Shown here: positions 1 through 8,673 of the stretch, one piece after another
How positions within the stretch are numbered: position 1 is the stretch's first letter
Layout: each line of letters starts with the position of its first letter
Origin: Armatimonadota bacterium
GTDB taxonomy: Bacteria; Armatimonadota; Armatimonadia; Armatimonadales; Armatimonadaceae
Length of the DNA: 12,399 bases
Direction of reading: 5' to 3'
Assembly: GCA_043754515.1 (NCBI GenBank)
Contig: JAYUUO010000133.1
Span: forward strand, 1 to 12,399
Program-made: the position numbers and the translations under genes
The notes under the pieces: model-generated
The model's input: the letters and a program-made list of their open reading frames with translations, nothing else
What the model was told of the DNA's origin: nothing
Databases searched by the model: none

Positions 1-1
1 C

Positions 2-877
2 GAAGCGGAACGTGCCGCGCTTGTGGTAGAACCGATCCTCGACGCCCCAGCCGGTGAGACAGCGAGCGACCTCCTGCACGTCCTTCTGGCTGTAGCCGCC
101 CCCGATTCCGAGCGTGTGCAGTTCCATGATCTCGCGGGCGTAGTTTTCGTTCGCGGTGCCGTTCATACTCTTCTGGTTGTCGAGGTAGCCGAGCATGGCG
201 GGCGACCGGGCGGATGCCTGCAACAGGTCGGGGAACCGCCCGAGCGCGTGACGCCGGATGACGTTCGACTGGTCGGTGTTGAGGTAGTAAGTCAGGTGTG
301 TCGTCGCGTACGCCGGGCCGAAGTCCAGCACTTTCGGGCCATATATGTTGAAATGGTCGCTCCAGAACGCCGCCATACGCTCGCGCAGTTGCCACTTGCT
401 GTACACGGCGCGGAGGAGGGCGGCTTGAGTCAGCGCGGCGCGCACCTTCGCTTCGGGCCAGTCGCGCTGTTCGTAGGTCGCGTAGTGCAGCGGCTCGATC
501 CCGGAAAGCCGGAACAGCAGACCGGGCGTCTCGCCGTCCCCGCTATCGCCGTTCTTGCCGCCCGTGAGCGCGCCGAGACCCAGCCCGACGAGCGAGGGAA
601 TACTGGTGCCCGCCGGAGCCTTAAGTTGCTCCGCGACCCACGCCGCGTGTCCTATTGTTGCAAGCCGTTCCTGGTCGCCGGGCGCGCCGCCGAACCCGGC
701 GCGGTTCAGGAGCCGCGTGCTTGCCTCAACTTTACCCCCCGCCTCCCCCGCCAGAGCGGAAACGGGGGACGGAGGTGCCGCGCGTCCTTTGAGCACCCGT
801 TGTCCGACCCGGCCGCAACCGGCACCGGCCAGCAACGCGGTCGCGCCCGCGAGTGTCAGGTAATCCCGTCGGTTCAT
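2..877 (-). CDS. DUF1800-family protein with Tat/lipoprotein signal; runs off the left edge (3' partial)
   Basis: Not in the ORF track; read manually. ATG at 877 gives MNRRDYLTLAGATALLAGAGC (twin Arg plus lipobox-like Cys). Later come DUF1800-type motifs SPAMLGYLDNQKS, NENYAREIMELHTLG, GYSQKDVQEVARCLTGW and RGTFRF. Confidence 0.88.
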   Translation of the reverse strand, partial: MNRRDYLTLAGATALLAGAGCGRVGQRVLKGRAAPPSPVSALAGEAGGKVEASTRLLNRAGFGGAPGDQERLATIGHAAWVAEQLKAPAGTSIPSLVGLGLGALTGGKNGDSGDGETPGLLFRLSGIEPLHYATYEQRDWPEAKVRAALTQAALLRAVYSKWQLRERMAAFWSDHFNIYGPKVLDFGPAYATTHLTYYLNTDQSNVIRRHALGRFPDLLQASARSPAMLGYLDNQKSMNGTANENYAREIMELHTLGIGGGYSQKDVQEVARCLTGWGVEDRFYHKRGTFRF

Positions 878-900
878 CGCATCATCGCTTTCTGGGTTCG

Positions 901-1443
901 TTACAAGGCGGACGCGGAAGGCACCGCATCCTGTGCGCTCGGTTGCCGCTCGATCTGCGTCACGGTCTTTAGTTTAGCGGTCAGCGCGGCGACGCCCGCG
1001 CCGAGCGACGCGAACAGACTCACCGGCATGATAAAGAACCAGCCGACCAGCGGGAGTAGCCCAGCGGCGACGGCGAGTGCCGCGCCGCCCGCAACAGAGG
1101 AGAGCGGCGAGTAGCGGGCATCCATCTCGCGCAGCCGCGCGGCGACCACGAGTGCCAGGCCAGACGAGCCGAGCACGGCGAGCGCGAGCGCAGCGGCGAG
1201 CACGGCGAAGCCGACGGCGGAGACGGGGCCGCCCGCAGTCATCAGGGAGACGCTAAGCAACCCGACAACGGCCGCGACGAGAACGCCGATGCCGACTTGT
1301 TTGCCGGGAGAAGCGGTCAGGGCGTCGGCGGCGACCTGCGCCCGGCGCGAAAAGATAACGGCGAACGCGACAATGCCCGCCCAGAGCGTGACCACGGTCA
1401 CGACTATCAGCAGGGTTATCGAGAGTACATCACCAAACGTCAT
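901..1443 (-). CDS. Multi-pass membrane protein (about 5 TM), probably co-transcribed with the DUF1800 gene
   Basis: 180-aa very hydrophobic ORF; GAGGAGG RBS at 1453-1459; stop lies 23 nt before the DUF1800 start; C-terminal LLPLVGWFF...LGAG pattern. Confidence 0.8.
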   Translation of the reverse strand: MTFGDVLSITLLIVVTVVTLWAGIVAFAVIFSRRAQVAADALTASPGKQVGIGVLVAAVVGLLSVSLMTAGGPVSAVGFAVLAAALALAVLGSSGLALVVAARLREMDARYSPLSSVAGGAALAVAAGLLPLVGWFFIMPVSLFASLGAGVAALTAKLKTVTQIERQPSAQDAVPSASAL

Positions 1444-1538
1444 CGGTTGTCGCCTCCTCGCGCGACGGTTTGTTCGGGTTTGATAAACAGGATATCGGAT
1501 GAGCGCGGCAAGTAGGTGTGGCCGCGTATGCCACTTGG

Positions 1539-1565
1539 GACACGCGGGCAGTCGGCACGGTTGCA
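1539..1565 (-). promoter_or_regulatory. Possible ECF-sigma-type promoter for the membrane protein/DUF1800 operon
   Basis: Minus strand reads TGCAAC-N15-CGTGTC (AAC...CGT pattern), with an AT-rich patch just upstream (~1569-1585). Confidence 0.25.
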
Positions 1566-1620
1566 GGGAAATATGAAATATATTCCGGCGCGGGTAGTTT
1601 TGTCGTTTGGGTCATACCGG

Positions 1621-2226
1621 TCATCGCCGGGTGCGCGACTGTGCGAGCCGCGCCATGAGTTTCTGGTGCTCACCACGCGATTTTTGGTAACGTGCCGAAT
1701 CGAACGAGGGGAGGAGTGTCAAATCAGCCTTGAAATCAGTCGCGTGCAAATTAGCGCGCGGCACTTTGCGCGGATACCCCCCGCCTTCTAGATTATCCCA
1801 CTCTACGAACGGAGCGACTACATACCAATCGCGCATCCGAAAATAAACAAACGTCTCGCTGTCGGCCATATATTTCCCGTCCGGCGTATGCGCTTCCTCC
1901 AGACTAAGGCACCCGATCCGGTGAAGGTGCTTGCCATCCACGAGCGGCAGAAAAATATTTGGCTTTAACCCGTATAGCCAGTTTAATGCAACCGGATCTG
2001 TGCTAGCCGCGAACTGTGTCGCCTGCCCCTTCCCATCTACAGGGATGAAACTCGATATCCCGGTCGTTTCATGTGTAAATGCATACACCCGCTCAGGCAG
2101 GAATGATCCAGGATATGTAGGTTCGGGAGGTTCGTTCGGCCGAGGCTCGGTCGCACGGTTTGTACATCCGGCTAGTACGAACGCGGACGTCAGCAGGGCA
2201 CTTTGGACGACTCCCCGGCGTGTCGT
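1621..2226 (-). CDS. Hypothetical lipoprotein; apparent start codon is ACG (non-canonical or mutated ATG)
   Basis: The 1621..2088 frame stays open upstream. AGGAG + 7 nt + ACG(2226-2224) gives (M)TRRGVVQSALLTSAFVLAG-C, a lipoprotein signal with LAGC lipobox, followed by a Pro-rich linker. No ATG/GTG/TTG precedes the signal peptide in frame. Confidence 0.7.
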   Translation of the reverse strand, partial: TTRRGVVQSALLTSAFVLAGCTNRATEPRPNEPPEPTYPGSFLPERVYAFTHETTGISSFIPVDGKGQATQFAASTDPVALNWLYGLKPNIFLPLVDGKHLHRIGCLSLEEAHTPDGKYMADSETFVYFRMRDWYVVAPFVEWDNLEGGGYPRKVPRANLHATDFKADLTLLPSFDSARYQKSRGEHQKLMARLAQSRTRR

Positions 2227-2771
2227 CGGGACGCTCCTATCTTTAACTTGGGGAGGACGAAGTCAGTGATCTTCGCATTCAGGTCGAATAAGGGACTCAT
2301 AAAAATAGATTCCTCGGAAACATCTTCGGGGGATGGTCGCCACGCGTTCTTTTCTATCTCCGCGAGTTGCGCGGCTAGATCCGCAAGATCGCCCATTCCC
2401 AGCCCCGCGAAAATGTCGGACGTCATGCTCTGTTGAAGTCGCCACCAATAGTCCGCGCCGCCCCAGAACCGGGCGATACGATAGGTGCCGATACTTCTTT
2501 CGTTGGCTAACGCGATCCCACTGCTCCTTTTGTTCGGCGAGTCTGTTTCGCCGGTGATTGTGACCTCGACGGTGAATTTGCCGGATTCGTTTGTACTGAA
2601 CTGCACGATCAGGAAGTAATACAGCCCTCTATCGGCGTGGAAATCGTCGCACACGAAGCAGAGCATCTTCGCCAGATGGGGTTGATTCCTCGCATCCCAC
2701 GGTTTGAACTGAGGGAAGGTAGACCGCCAGTCCCGTCTGAGACACGCTTTGAACCGCGTGTTGATGCTCAT
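2190..2771 (-). CDS. Hypothetical protein, weak DUF4304-like resemblance
   Basis: Likely start ATG 2771 (MSINTRFKACL) with GGAAGAG upstream; LIVQFSTNESGKFTVEVTI segment. The ancestral stop was probably at 2223-2225 (now CGA). Confidence 0.65.
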   Translation of the reverse strand: MSINTRFKACLRRDWRSTFPQFKPWDARNQPHLAKMLCFVCDDFHADRGLYYFLIVQFSTNESGKFTVEVTITGETDSPNKRSSGIALANERSIGTYRIARFWGGADYWWRLQQSMTSDIFAGLGMGDLADLAAQLAEIEKNAWRPSPEDVSEESIFMSPLFDLNAKITDFVLPKLKIGASRRHAGESSKVPC

Positions 2772-2804
2772 AAAGACTCTTCCACGCACGCCGTGTTCGC
2801 CGCG

Positions 2805-2817
2805 TGATATTCTATCA
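2805..2817. promoter_or_regulatory. Overlapping divergent extended -10 elements between the hypothetical gene and asnS
   Basis: TGATATTCTATCA reads TGaTATTCT on the plus strand (2805-2813) and TGaTAGAAT on the minus strand (2817-2809). Confidence 0.45.
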
Positions 2818-2858
2818 TTCACAGAAAAGTCTACTTTGAGAAGGCAGTTACCGAACCC

Positions 2859-4250
2859 ATGACCGAACCCGGCGGCTACGTCCGCGACCTTTTGACCGGC
2901 ACCCCCGGCGCGACCGTGACCGCGCGGGGCTGGGTGAAAACCCGGCGCGACAGTAAAGGCGTTACTTTCATCCAACTCTCCGACGGCTCCTCGTTCGCCG
3001 ACCTACAAATCGTGGTAGACGCCGGGACGATCCCCGGAGACGTGCTCGCGGGCGCGACTACCGGTGCGTGCCTGACGGTCACCGGCGAACTGGTCGCGTC
3101 CCCCGGCGCGGGGCAGGCGGTGGAACTTAAAGCGGGCGCGATGGAGGTGCTTGGCACGGCGGATCCTGCCACCTACCCCCTGCAAAAGAAGGGCCACACG
3201 ATGGAGTTCCTGCGCGAGATAGCCCACCTGCGCCCCCGCTCCAATACGTTCGGCGCGGTTTATCGGGTGCGCTCCGTGCTGGCGTTCGCGGTCCACAAGT
3301 TCTTCCAGGAGCGGGGCTTCGTGTACCTGACCGCGCCGCTGATCACCACGAGCGATGCCGAAGGAGCCGGCGCGATGTTCGGCGTTTCCACGCTAGATAT
3401 GATGAACTTGCCGCGCACCGACACCGGCGCGGTTGATTTCGCCGAGGATTTCTTCGGGAAACGGGCGCACTTGACGGTTTCGGGGCAGCTCGAAGCCGAG
3501 ATCTTCGCGCTCGCGTTCACGAACGTCTACACGTTCGGCCCGACCTTCCGCGCCGAGAACTCGAACACGCCACGCCACTTGGCCGAGTTCTGGATGATCG
3601 AGCCGGAAATGGCGTTCTGCGATTTGGACGGCGACCGCGCCCTCGCCGAGTCGTTCCTGAAGTATGTCATCCAGTACGTTCTGGATCACTGCGCCGCCGA
3701 CCTGGAGTTTTTCAACAAGCGCATTGACGACACGGTGCTCAAAACGCTCGAAAATGTCGCCACGTCGGAGTTCGCGCACATCACCTACACCGAAGCCATC
3801 GCTATTTTAGAAAAGGCGAATAAATCATGGGAGTTCCCTGTGCGCTGGGGCGTTGACCTGCAATCCGAGCACGAGCGGTACCTGACCGAGGAGACGTTCG
3901 GCAAGCCGGTGGTCGTGACGGACTACCCGAAGGAAATCAAGGCGTTCTACATGCGCCTGAACGACGACGATAAAACGGTGCGGGCGATGGACGTCCTCGC
4001 GCCGCGCATCGGCGAGATCATCGGCGGGTCGCAACGCGAGGAGCGGCACGACGTGCTACTGAACAAAATCCGGACGCAGGGTCTGCCGGAAGAATCGTAC
4101 TGGTGGTACCTCGAACTGCGCAAGTACGGCACCGCGCCGCACGCGGGTTTCGGCCTCGGTTTCGAGCGACTGATGATGTACGTGACAGGCATGAAAAATA
4201 TCCGGGACGTGATCCCGTTCCCGCGCACGCCAGGCTACGCGGAGTTCTAA
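2859..4250 (+). CDS. asnS: Asparagine--tRNA ligase
   Basis: 463 aa. OB-fold [10 protein letters not shown]...[28 protein letters not shown], motif 2 [35 protein letters not shown] and motif 3 [11 protein letters not shown]...IRDVIPFPR. Confidence 0.98.
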   Translation: MTEPGGYVRDLLTGTPGATVTARGWVKTRRDSKGVTFIQLSDGSSFADLQIVVDAGTIPGDVLAGATTGACLTVTGELVASPGAGQAVELKAGAMEVLGTADPATYPLQKKGHTMEFLREIAHLRPRSNTFGAVYRVRSVLAFAVHKFFQERGFVYLTAPLITTSDAEGAGAMFGVSTLDMMNLPRTDTGAVDFAEDFFGKRAHLTVSGQLEAEIFALAFTNVYTFGPTFRAENSNTPRHLAEFWMIEPEMAFCDLDGDRALAESFLKYVIQYVLDHCAADLEFFNKRIDDTVLKTLENVATSEFAHITYTEAIAILEKANKSWEFPVRWGVDLQSEHERYLTEETFGKPVVVTDYPKEIKAFYMRLNDDDKTVRAMDVLAPRIGEIIGGSQREERHDVLLNKIRTQGLPEESYWWYLELRKYGTAPHAGFGLGFERLMMYVTGMKNIRDVIPFPRTPGYAEF

Positions 4251-4518
4251 CCGTACCGGCATAAAGTGAAGTGCTCATTGCAGTCGTGTATGGCTCTACT
4301 ACGAGGGCGAATATGCGGCTTTCACCGGTTCCGGACGCTGGTTCCGCGGCGTGGTGAGTGGGGAGCTGGTGAGCTTGGTAACGCCCAAGAACGCAACTTG
4401 GATTCTGGCGGAGATGGAATAGTATCTTCGTGGCGGCTGTTGGTTTGTCGGCGGGACTGAAGTCGTAAGGGGGGCGCCATACGTGGGTCTTTTCGGATGA
4501 GAAGGGAGAATCTGACTG

Positions 4519-5208
4519 ATGATTTATAGGCGCATACCCTACCTGGAGATCGCCGAGGCGGTTCTTTCTGCTGGCGCGGACCTAACGGCAGGCGAGGTGT
4601 GGGAGCAGGCGAAGACCAGCCCGGTCATATTCACCCGTTATTTCACATCATCCGGGGATGAAAAACAAGATAGGGTATCGCCATTTCCGGTGCGCGGGAT
4701 GGCGGCAGCACTGGCGCATAGCATCAAAAAAGCCGATAGCCTCTTCCACAGGCATGAGGGAGAACCGTTCCGTTATTGCCTGAAGACGGTCACCAAGATG
4801 TGGGGGGACCTGGGGCAACAAGCCGACTACTACGAGACTTTGCCGCAAGTAGATCTTGCCCGAATAATCGCGGATCATAAACCCCAGCGTGTCCTTCGCT
4901 CGATTCAGGTGTTCGAGCGTAGTGCCGCGGTCATTGCCTGGGTACGCCTCCGCGCCAATCACAACTGCGAGCAGTGTGGGCAAACTGGCTTTTATAAAGA
5001 CGATGGTATGCCCTACGTTGAGGTGCATCACTTGAAGCCGCTCAGTGAGGGTGGATGCGACACGCCCGGAAATGCAGCCGCGCTGTGTCCAGGTTGTCAT
5101 CGAAGACTGCACTATGGGGCTGATCGTCAGGATCAACTGAAGCAACTGACCTCAAAACTCTTGAGTGCAGGGGTTCAGGTCATACACACGGCTAGTGCAG
5201 CGCAGTGA
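4519..5208 (+). CDS. HARE-HTH-like winged-helix domain fused to an McrA-like HNH endonuclease
   Basis: C-terminus CEQCG...DGMPYVEVHHLKPLSEGGCDTPGNAAALCPGCHRRLHYG is a Zn-binding HNH of the McrA type. N-terminus YLEIAEAVL...LTAGEVWEQA...PVRGMAAALAHSIKKADSLF...PFRYCLK resembles HARE-HTH. GGGAG RBS present. Confidence 0.85.
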   Translation: MIYRRIPYLEIAEAVLSAGADLTAGEVWEQAKTSPVIFTRYFTSSGDEKQDRVSPFPVRGMAAALAHSIKKADSLFHRHEGEPFRYCLKTVTKMWGDLGQQADYYETLPQVDLARIIADHKPQRVLRSIQVFERSAAVIAWVRLRANHNCEQCGQTGFYKDDGMPYVEVHHLKPLSEGGCDTPGNAAALCPGCHRRLHYGADRQDQLKQLTSKLLSAGVQVIHTASAAQ

Positions 5209-5354
5209 ACAACCCCAGCAATTTTAGCGCAAGCCGGGAGCGTCAAAACCAGTGACGATGAGACGCGTCAGCAGAACGGTGGTTCCCGCCTCTGGCACCC
5301 TGTTTCTTTTAACATCTGCGCTAGGCCAGACGATAACGACGTCGTTGAAACCTC

Positions 5355-6752
5355 ATGGACGAACCCAATAAACCGCTCGGCGAACTGCTCCAAGATCTCG
5401 TTTCGGATGACGAAGCATCGCGCCACGCCGCCTCCCGCAGGGTAATGCCTTTGCGCGAGGATTCACAGGCGGCGGTTCGCGCCGCCGTGAACGAGCCGGA
5501 TTTCCCGTTCGCACCCTGGTACGCCTCGCTTCATTCCTTGAATACGGAACTAAGCCAGGAAGCAGCGCGACTACGAGACCGCGACCGCGACCGGAAGAAA
5601 CGCGTCGAGGAGCGGATCCGGGCGAAGTACGAGCAGGCGGTCGCGGAGGAGCAAAAGCCATTCCGCGCGCTACGAGACGCCGACGAATGGGTTGAGCCGG
5701 GGCCTGTCTCCCGAAAAATGTGGGAGCTTCTGCGCGGCGTCTTCGCCGCCGACACCCGCGAATCTATTCGGGCGACACGCCTGACACAACAGGCAATGTC
5801 AATCGGGTTCGTGTTTCGCGCCCTGCGCACGGAAGTGTTGCGCGACCCCGGTCGTATCCGGGACATTCTCCGCGACCCGCGAAAACGGTATCAGGCCGAG
5901 GAGACGCTGGCGGAACTGGGGGCGGAAGCCACCGATCTTTTCGCGGACGAGGTGCTGGAGAGGGTCTTGACCGAGGGGTTCCGCTCTTCGAGCACTCACA
6001 AAGCGATCAAGGCGATGCTAGCGGGCGACGACCGGCGCATCGGGCGAGTAGCGGGCTGGCTTTCCCCGGACGACCCGGTGCGGCGTGCGAACGGCGCGCG
6101 TATTCTGAGGATGTTCGGCGAGGACGTGGCTCGCGTCGCGCCGAACACGATCCTGTTGCTGTTCGCAATGGCGGAGACAGGAAGCGTCGGCGACGGGAAC
6201 GGCGAGCGGATCGCGGCGTTGTACGCGCTCGGGTCTGTCACGCGGGGCACGGACGCCGCCGTGGACTTTCTTCTCGCGCAGTCCGAGAGCGACAACATCT
6301 GGGTTAAACGGGCGGCTCTGGTGTCGCTGGGGACGATCGTGCGTCAACCGGAGCGGGTGGTACCACGCATGATCCGTGCCCTCCGCGACTACGAGGAGCC
6401 GGACCCGGACAGCCTGTATAACGGACGGCATGAGGTCGTCACGGATACGCTTCGTGCTTTCGGCGATGCGGCGGGTGCCGCCGTGCCCGCCCTGATCGAA
6501 CGGATCGAAGAAGGAATGACGCAAACCAAAAACGCCGATGGCACGGTCGCGCAAACCCGCGAGATTGATCCCGGCGTCGTCTCCGCCCTGGTCACGATCG
6601 GCGAACCCGCTATTGCCGCGCTCCCAACACTCGAGCAGTACGCGGGGGAGCCACATTCCGAGGAACATCAGGCGGCGAGCTATACCCCGCTCAAACGGGC
6701 GATCGCGACACTGCGAAAGTTGGCGGCGGCGAGGGAACAGGCCAGCAAATAG
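5355..6752 (+). CDS. HEAT/PBS-lyase-like repeat protein
   Basis: 465 aa with repeated helical units: DDPVRRANGARIL, ERIAALYALG, DNIWVKRAALVSLG, FGDAAGAAVPALIE, IGEPAIAALPTL. Confidence 0.8.
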   Translation: MDEPNKPLGELLQDLVSDDEASRHAASRRVMPLREDSQAAVRAAVNEPDFPFAPWYASLHSLNTELSQEAARLRDRDRDRKKRVEERIRAKYEQAVAEEQKPFRALRDADEWVEPGPVSRKMWELLRGVFAADTRESIRATRLTQQAMSIGFVFRALRTEVLRDPGRIRDILRDPRKRYQAEETLAELGAEATDLFADEVLERVLTEGFRSSSTHKAIKAMLAGDDRRIGRVAGWLSPDDPVRRANGARILRMFGEDVARVAPNTILLLFAMAETGSVGDGNGERIAALYALGSVTRGTDAAVDFLLAQSESDNIWVKRAALVSLGTIVRQPERVVPRMIRALRDYEEPDPDSLYNGRHEVVTDTLRAFGDAAGAAVPALIERIEEGMTQTKNADGTVAQTREIDPGVVSALVTIGEPAIAALPTLEQYAGEPHSEEHQAASYTPLKRAIATLRKLAAAREQASK

Positions 6753-6770
6753 ATAATCCGACAAAGCCCC

Positions 6771-6836
6771 CGGCACGCCGCGTCGTGATCGCGGCGATTG
6801 TGAGTGCCGTCGCGGCGCGGCTTCGCGGGTCGCGCC
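6771..6836. terminator. GC-rich hairpins between convergent genes (possible terminator)
   Basis: CGGCAC...GTGCCG encloses GCCGCG/CGCGGC; second stem GGCGCG...CGCGCC; no U-tract. Confidence 0.3.
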
Positions 6837-7087
6837 TACGTCGCCTGCATAACGTGCAGTTCATCCGGGGTGTAGGTCAGCAGTATGCCCACAGATGGAT
6901 AATCCGGACCCAACTCATTGCGGAGCATGAAGCGTAACTCGGATTGACGGTCAATCTGCTCCTTGTCCGCGAACGCCTTCGTCACGACGCGCCCGTGTAG
7001 ACGTGTCTGACCTTCGTCCAGTTCAACCACGGCGTCCGTGAGGTGTAGGCGGATGACGTCAGTCACCCGGCTTGCCAATTTTCCCAT
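6836..7087 (-). CDS. Small BolA-like (or catalytically dead MNT-like) protein, putative antitoxin partner of the HEPN protein
   Basis: 83 aa: IRLHLTDAVVEL...HGRVVTKAFADKEQIDRQ...LLTYTPDE follows the BolA pattern (VVSxxFxG..R...TxTPEE). It overlaps the HEPN gene by 25 nt. Confidence 0.65.
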   Translation of the reverse strand: MGKLASRVTDVIRLHLTDAVVELDEGQTRLHGRVVTKAFADKEQIDRQSELRFMLRNELGPDYPSVGILLTYTPDELHVMQAT

Positions 7088-7524
7088 TTTGCCTCCCCAT
7101 AATTGATTACGTACAGCGCGTTGCCGAACGCAAACTTGCTCAAGTTTTCGAGTCGGTTGCCCCGCTTATTGAACTCCGCGCGAACCTCGTTCAGGTAGTC
7201 CAGCATCTGACGCTCCGAGTCGTATCGCTGACTGGCTTGCCATCGCTGATTGAGAGTGGCAAAACGCTCCGCGAATCGCTCGATGTCGCTTATCGGAACG
7301 ATGTTGAAAAAGCCCGACGCCCTCGCCAGCATCTCTAGATTATGACGCGGTTCGAACTCCGGTGTCATGCGGCGCATGAACGCGCGAAGATGACACTCAA
7401 CCGCGAGACCGGAGATGTAGCGTATCAGAAACCAGTTTCCTTGCTTGTCATCCCCGTAGAGAGATTGCGCCCGTCCAAGATGTTCCAGCGCGGCGTCGCG
7501 GTATGTTTCGGCGGTAGATGGCAC
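7063..7524 (-). CDS. HEPN-domain protein
   Basis: AxEHLxxAxxL, YISGLAVECHLRA, RHNLEML and W...RY motifs typical of PF05168-like HEPN proteins. GTG start lies 3 nt after the peptidase stop. Confidence 0.75.
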   Translation of the reverse strand: MPSTAETYRDAALEHLGRAQSLYGDDKQGNWFLIRYISGLAVECHLRAFMRRMTPEFEPRHNLEMLARASGFFNIVPISDIERFAERFATLNQRWQASQRYDSERQMLDYLNEVRAEFNKRGNRLENLSKFAFGNALYVINYGEAKWENWQAG

Positions 7525-7527
7525 GAT

Positions 7528-8667
7528 CTATTTCCGGAACGACCGCGCGGCGCGGACGATTTCGACCACCCATTGCGCGTCCTTCACCAGGTCGGAGATG
7601 TGGCAGAACTCGCCGTGCGTGTGGATCGCCTGCATCCCGCACGCGAGCACCACGGTCGGCACCCCAAAGCCGTTGAAAATGTTCGCGTCCGAGCCGCCGC
7701 CCGACTCGCGCGTCGCGAACGGGAACCCGCACGCATCCGCCGCGTTCCGGGCGATCCGCACGGGGGGATCGGTTTCGGCCAGGCGGTATGTCTTGTACTC
7801 CTCGATCACCTCGACGAATGCCCGCGCGCCAATCGCCGCCGACTCGCGGTCGAACGTTTCGACCATGTGTCTGGTCTGCGCCTCCAATTTCTCGTTGTTG
7901 AGCGAGCGAGCTTCCGCAACGACGAATGCCAGCGCGGGCACGATGTTGCGCGCCGTCCCGCCCTCGATCGTGCCGACGTTCGCGGTGGTTTCGGAGTCAA
8001 TACGCCCCTGCGTCATCTTCGCGATGGCGTTCGCGGCGGCGCGAATCGCGCTGACCCCCGCTTCCGGAGCCGCGCCCGCGTGACTCGCCTTGCCCTCGAT
8101 TCGGATGAACAGGCTGTTCTGGGAAGGGGCGGAGATCGTCACGGAACCGATGGGCGGGCCGCTATCAAGCACGAAGCCGTACCGCGCTTTGATGCGGAAC
8201 GGGTCAACGTGCTTCGCGCCGACCAGCCCGATCTCCTCGCAGATGCTCAGAATAACCTGAATGTCGCCGTGAGGCTCGCCGGACTCGGCCAGAAGCGTCA
8301 TCGCCTCTAGAATGGGCGCGACGCCCGATTTGTCATCGGAGCCGAGGATCGTGTCGGAGACACTACGCACCACGCCGTCAATCACGCTGATCTCCATGTT
8401 CGGCGTGGCTTCCACGGTGTCGAGATGGGACGAGAAAAAGATCGGGGCGGCGCTGGGATCGGTGCCCGGCTTGAAGGCGAACAGGTTACCGACGTTGCCA
8501 CCCACTTTCTCGCCCGTGTCGTCGAAGGTGACATCGAAGCCGAGGTTGCACAGGTAGTCGGCGCAAAAATTGGACGCGGGCTTCTCGCTCCGGGACGGCG
8601 TGTTGAAGCGGAGCAGGGCAAGAAACGTTTCCAGAAGGCGCGGTTGATTGACGGGGACGGTGTTCAT
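7528..8667 (-). CDS. M20/M25/M40 family peptidase T-like metallo-hydrolase
   Basis: SHLDTV, LGSDDKSG, EEIGLVGA, GKASHAG, GGGSDAN and IHTHGE motifs. Start taken at ATG 8667 (MNTVPVNQPRLLETFL). Confidence 0.92.
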   Translation of the reverse strand: MNTVPVNQPRLLETFLALLRFNTPSRSEKPASNFCADYLCNLGFDVTFDDTGEKVGGNVGNLFAFKPGTDPSAAPIFFSSHLDTVEATPNMEISVIDGVVRSVSDTILGSDDKSGVAPILEAMTLLAESGEPHGDIQVILSICEEIGLVGAKHVDPFRIKARYGFVLDSGPPIGSVTISAPSQNSLFIRIEGKASHAGAAPEAGVSAIRAAANAIAKMTQGRIDSETTANVGTIEGGTARNIVPALAFVVAEARSLNNEKLEAQTRHMVETFDRESAAIGARAFVEVIEEYKTYRLAETDPPVRIARNAADACGFPFATRESGGGSDANIFNGFGVPTVVLACGMQAIHTHGEFCHISDLVKDAQWVVEIVRAARSFRK

Positions 8668-8673
8668 ACGCGC

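Noticed and set aside
23..1114. 363-aa plus-strand ORF
   Set aside because: Antisense shadow of the DUF1800 and membrane-protein genes; it has no motifs of its own.
1430..1676. Short ORFs 1430..1624 and 1440..1676
   Set aside because: No recognisable motifs; they overlap neighbouring genes and a likely promoter region.
2772..2975. N-terminal extension of the 2190..2975 ORF
   Set aside because: It overlaps the asnS 5' end and the promoter region; ATG 2771 has a plausible RBS.
4266..4460. 64-aa ORF or possible ncRNA after asnS
   Set aside because: No RBS, protein motif, tRNA cloverleaf or known RNA motif that I could identify.
5720..8310. Long alternative-frame ORFs (5720..6307, 6018..6776, 7342..8310)
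   Set aside because: Typical high-GC shadow ORFs overlapping well-supported genes.
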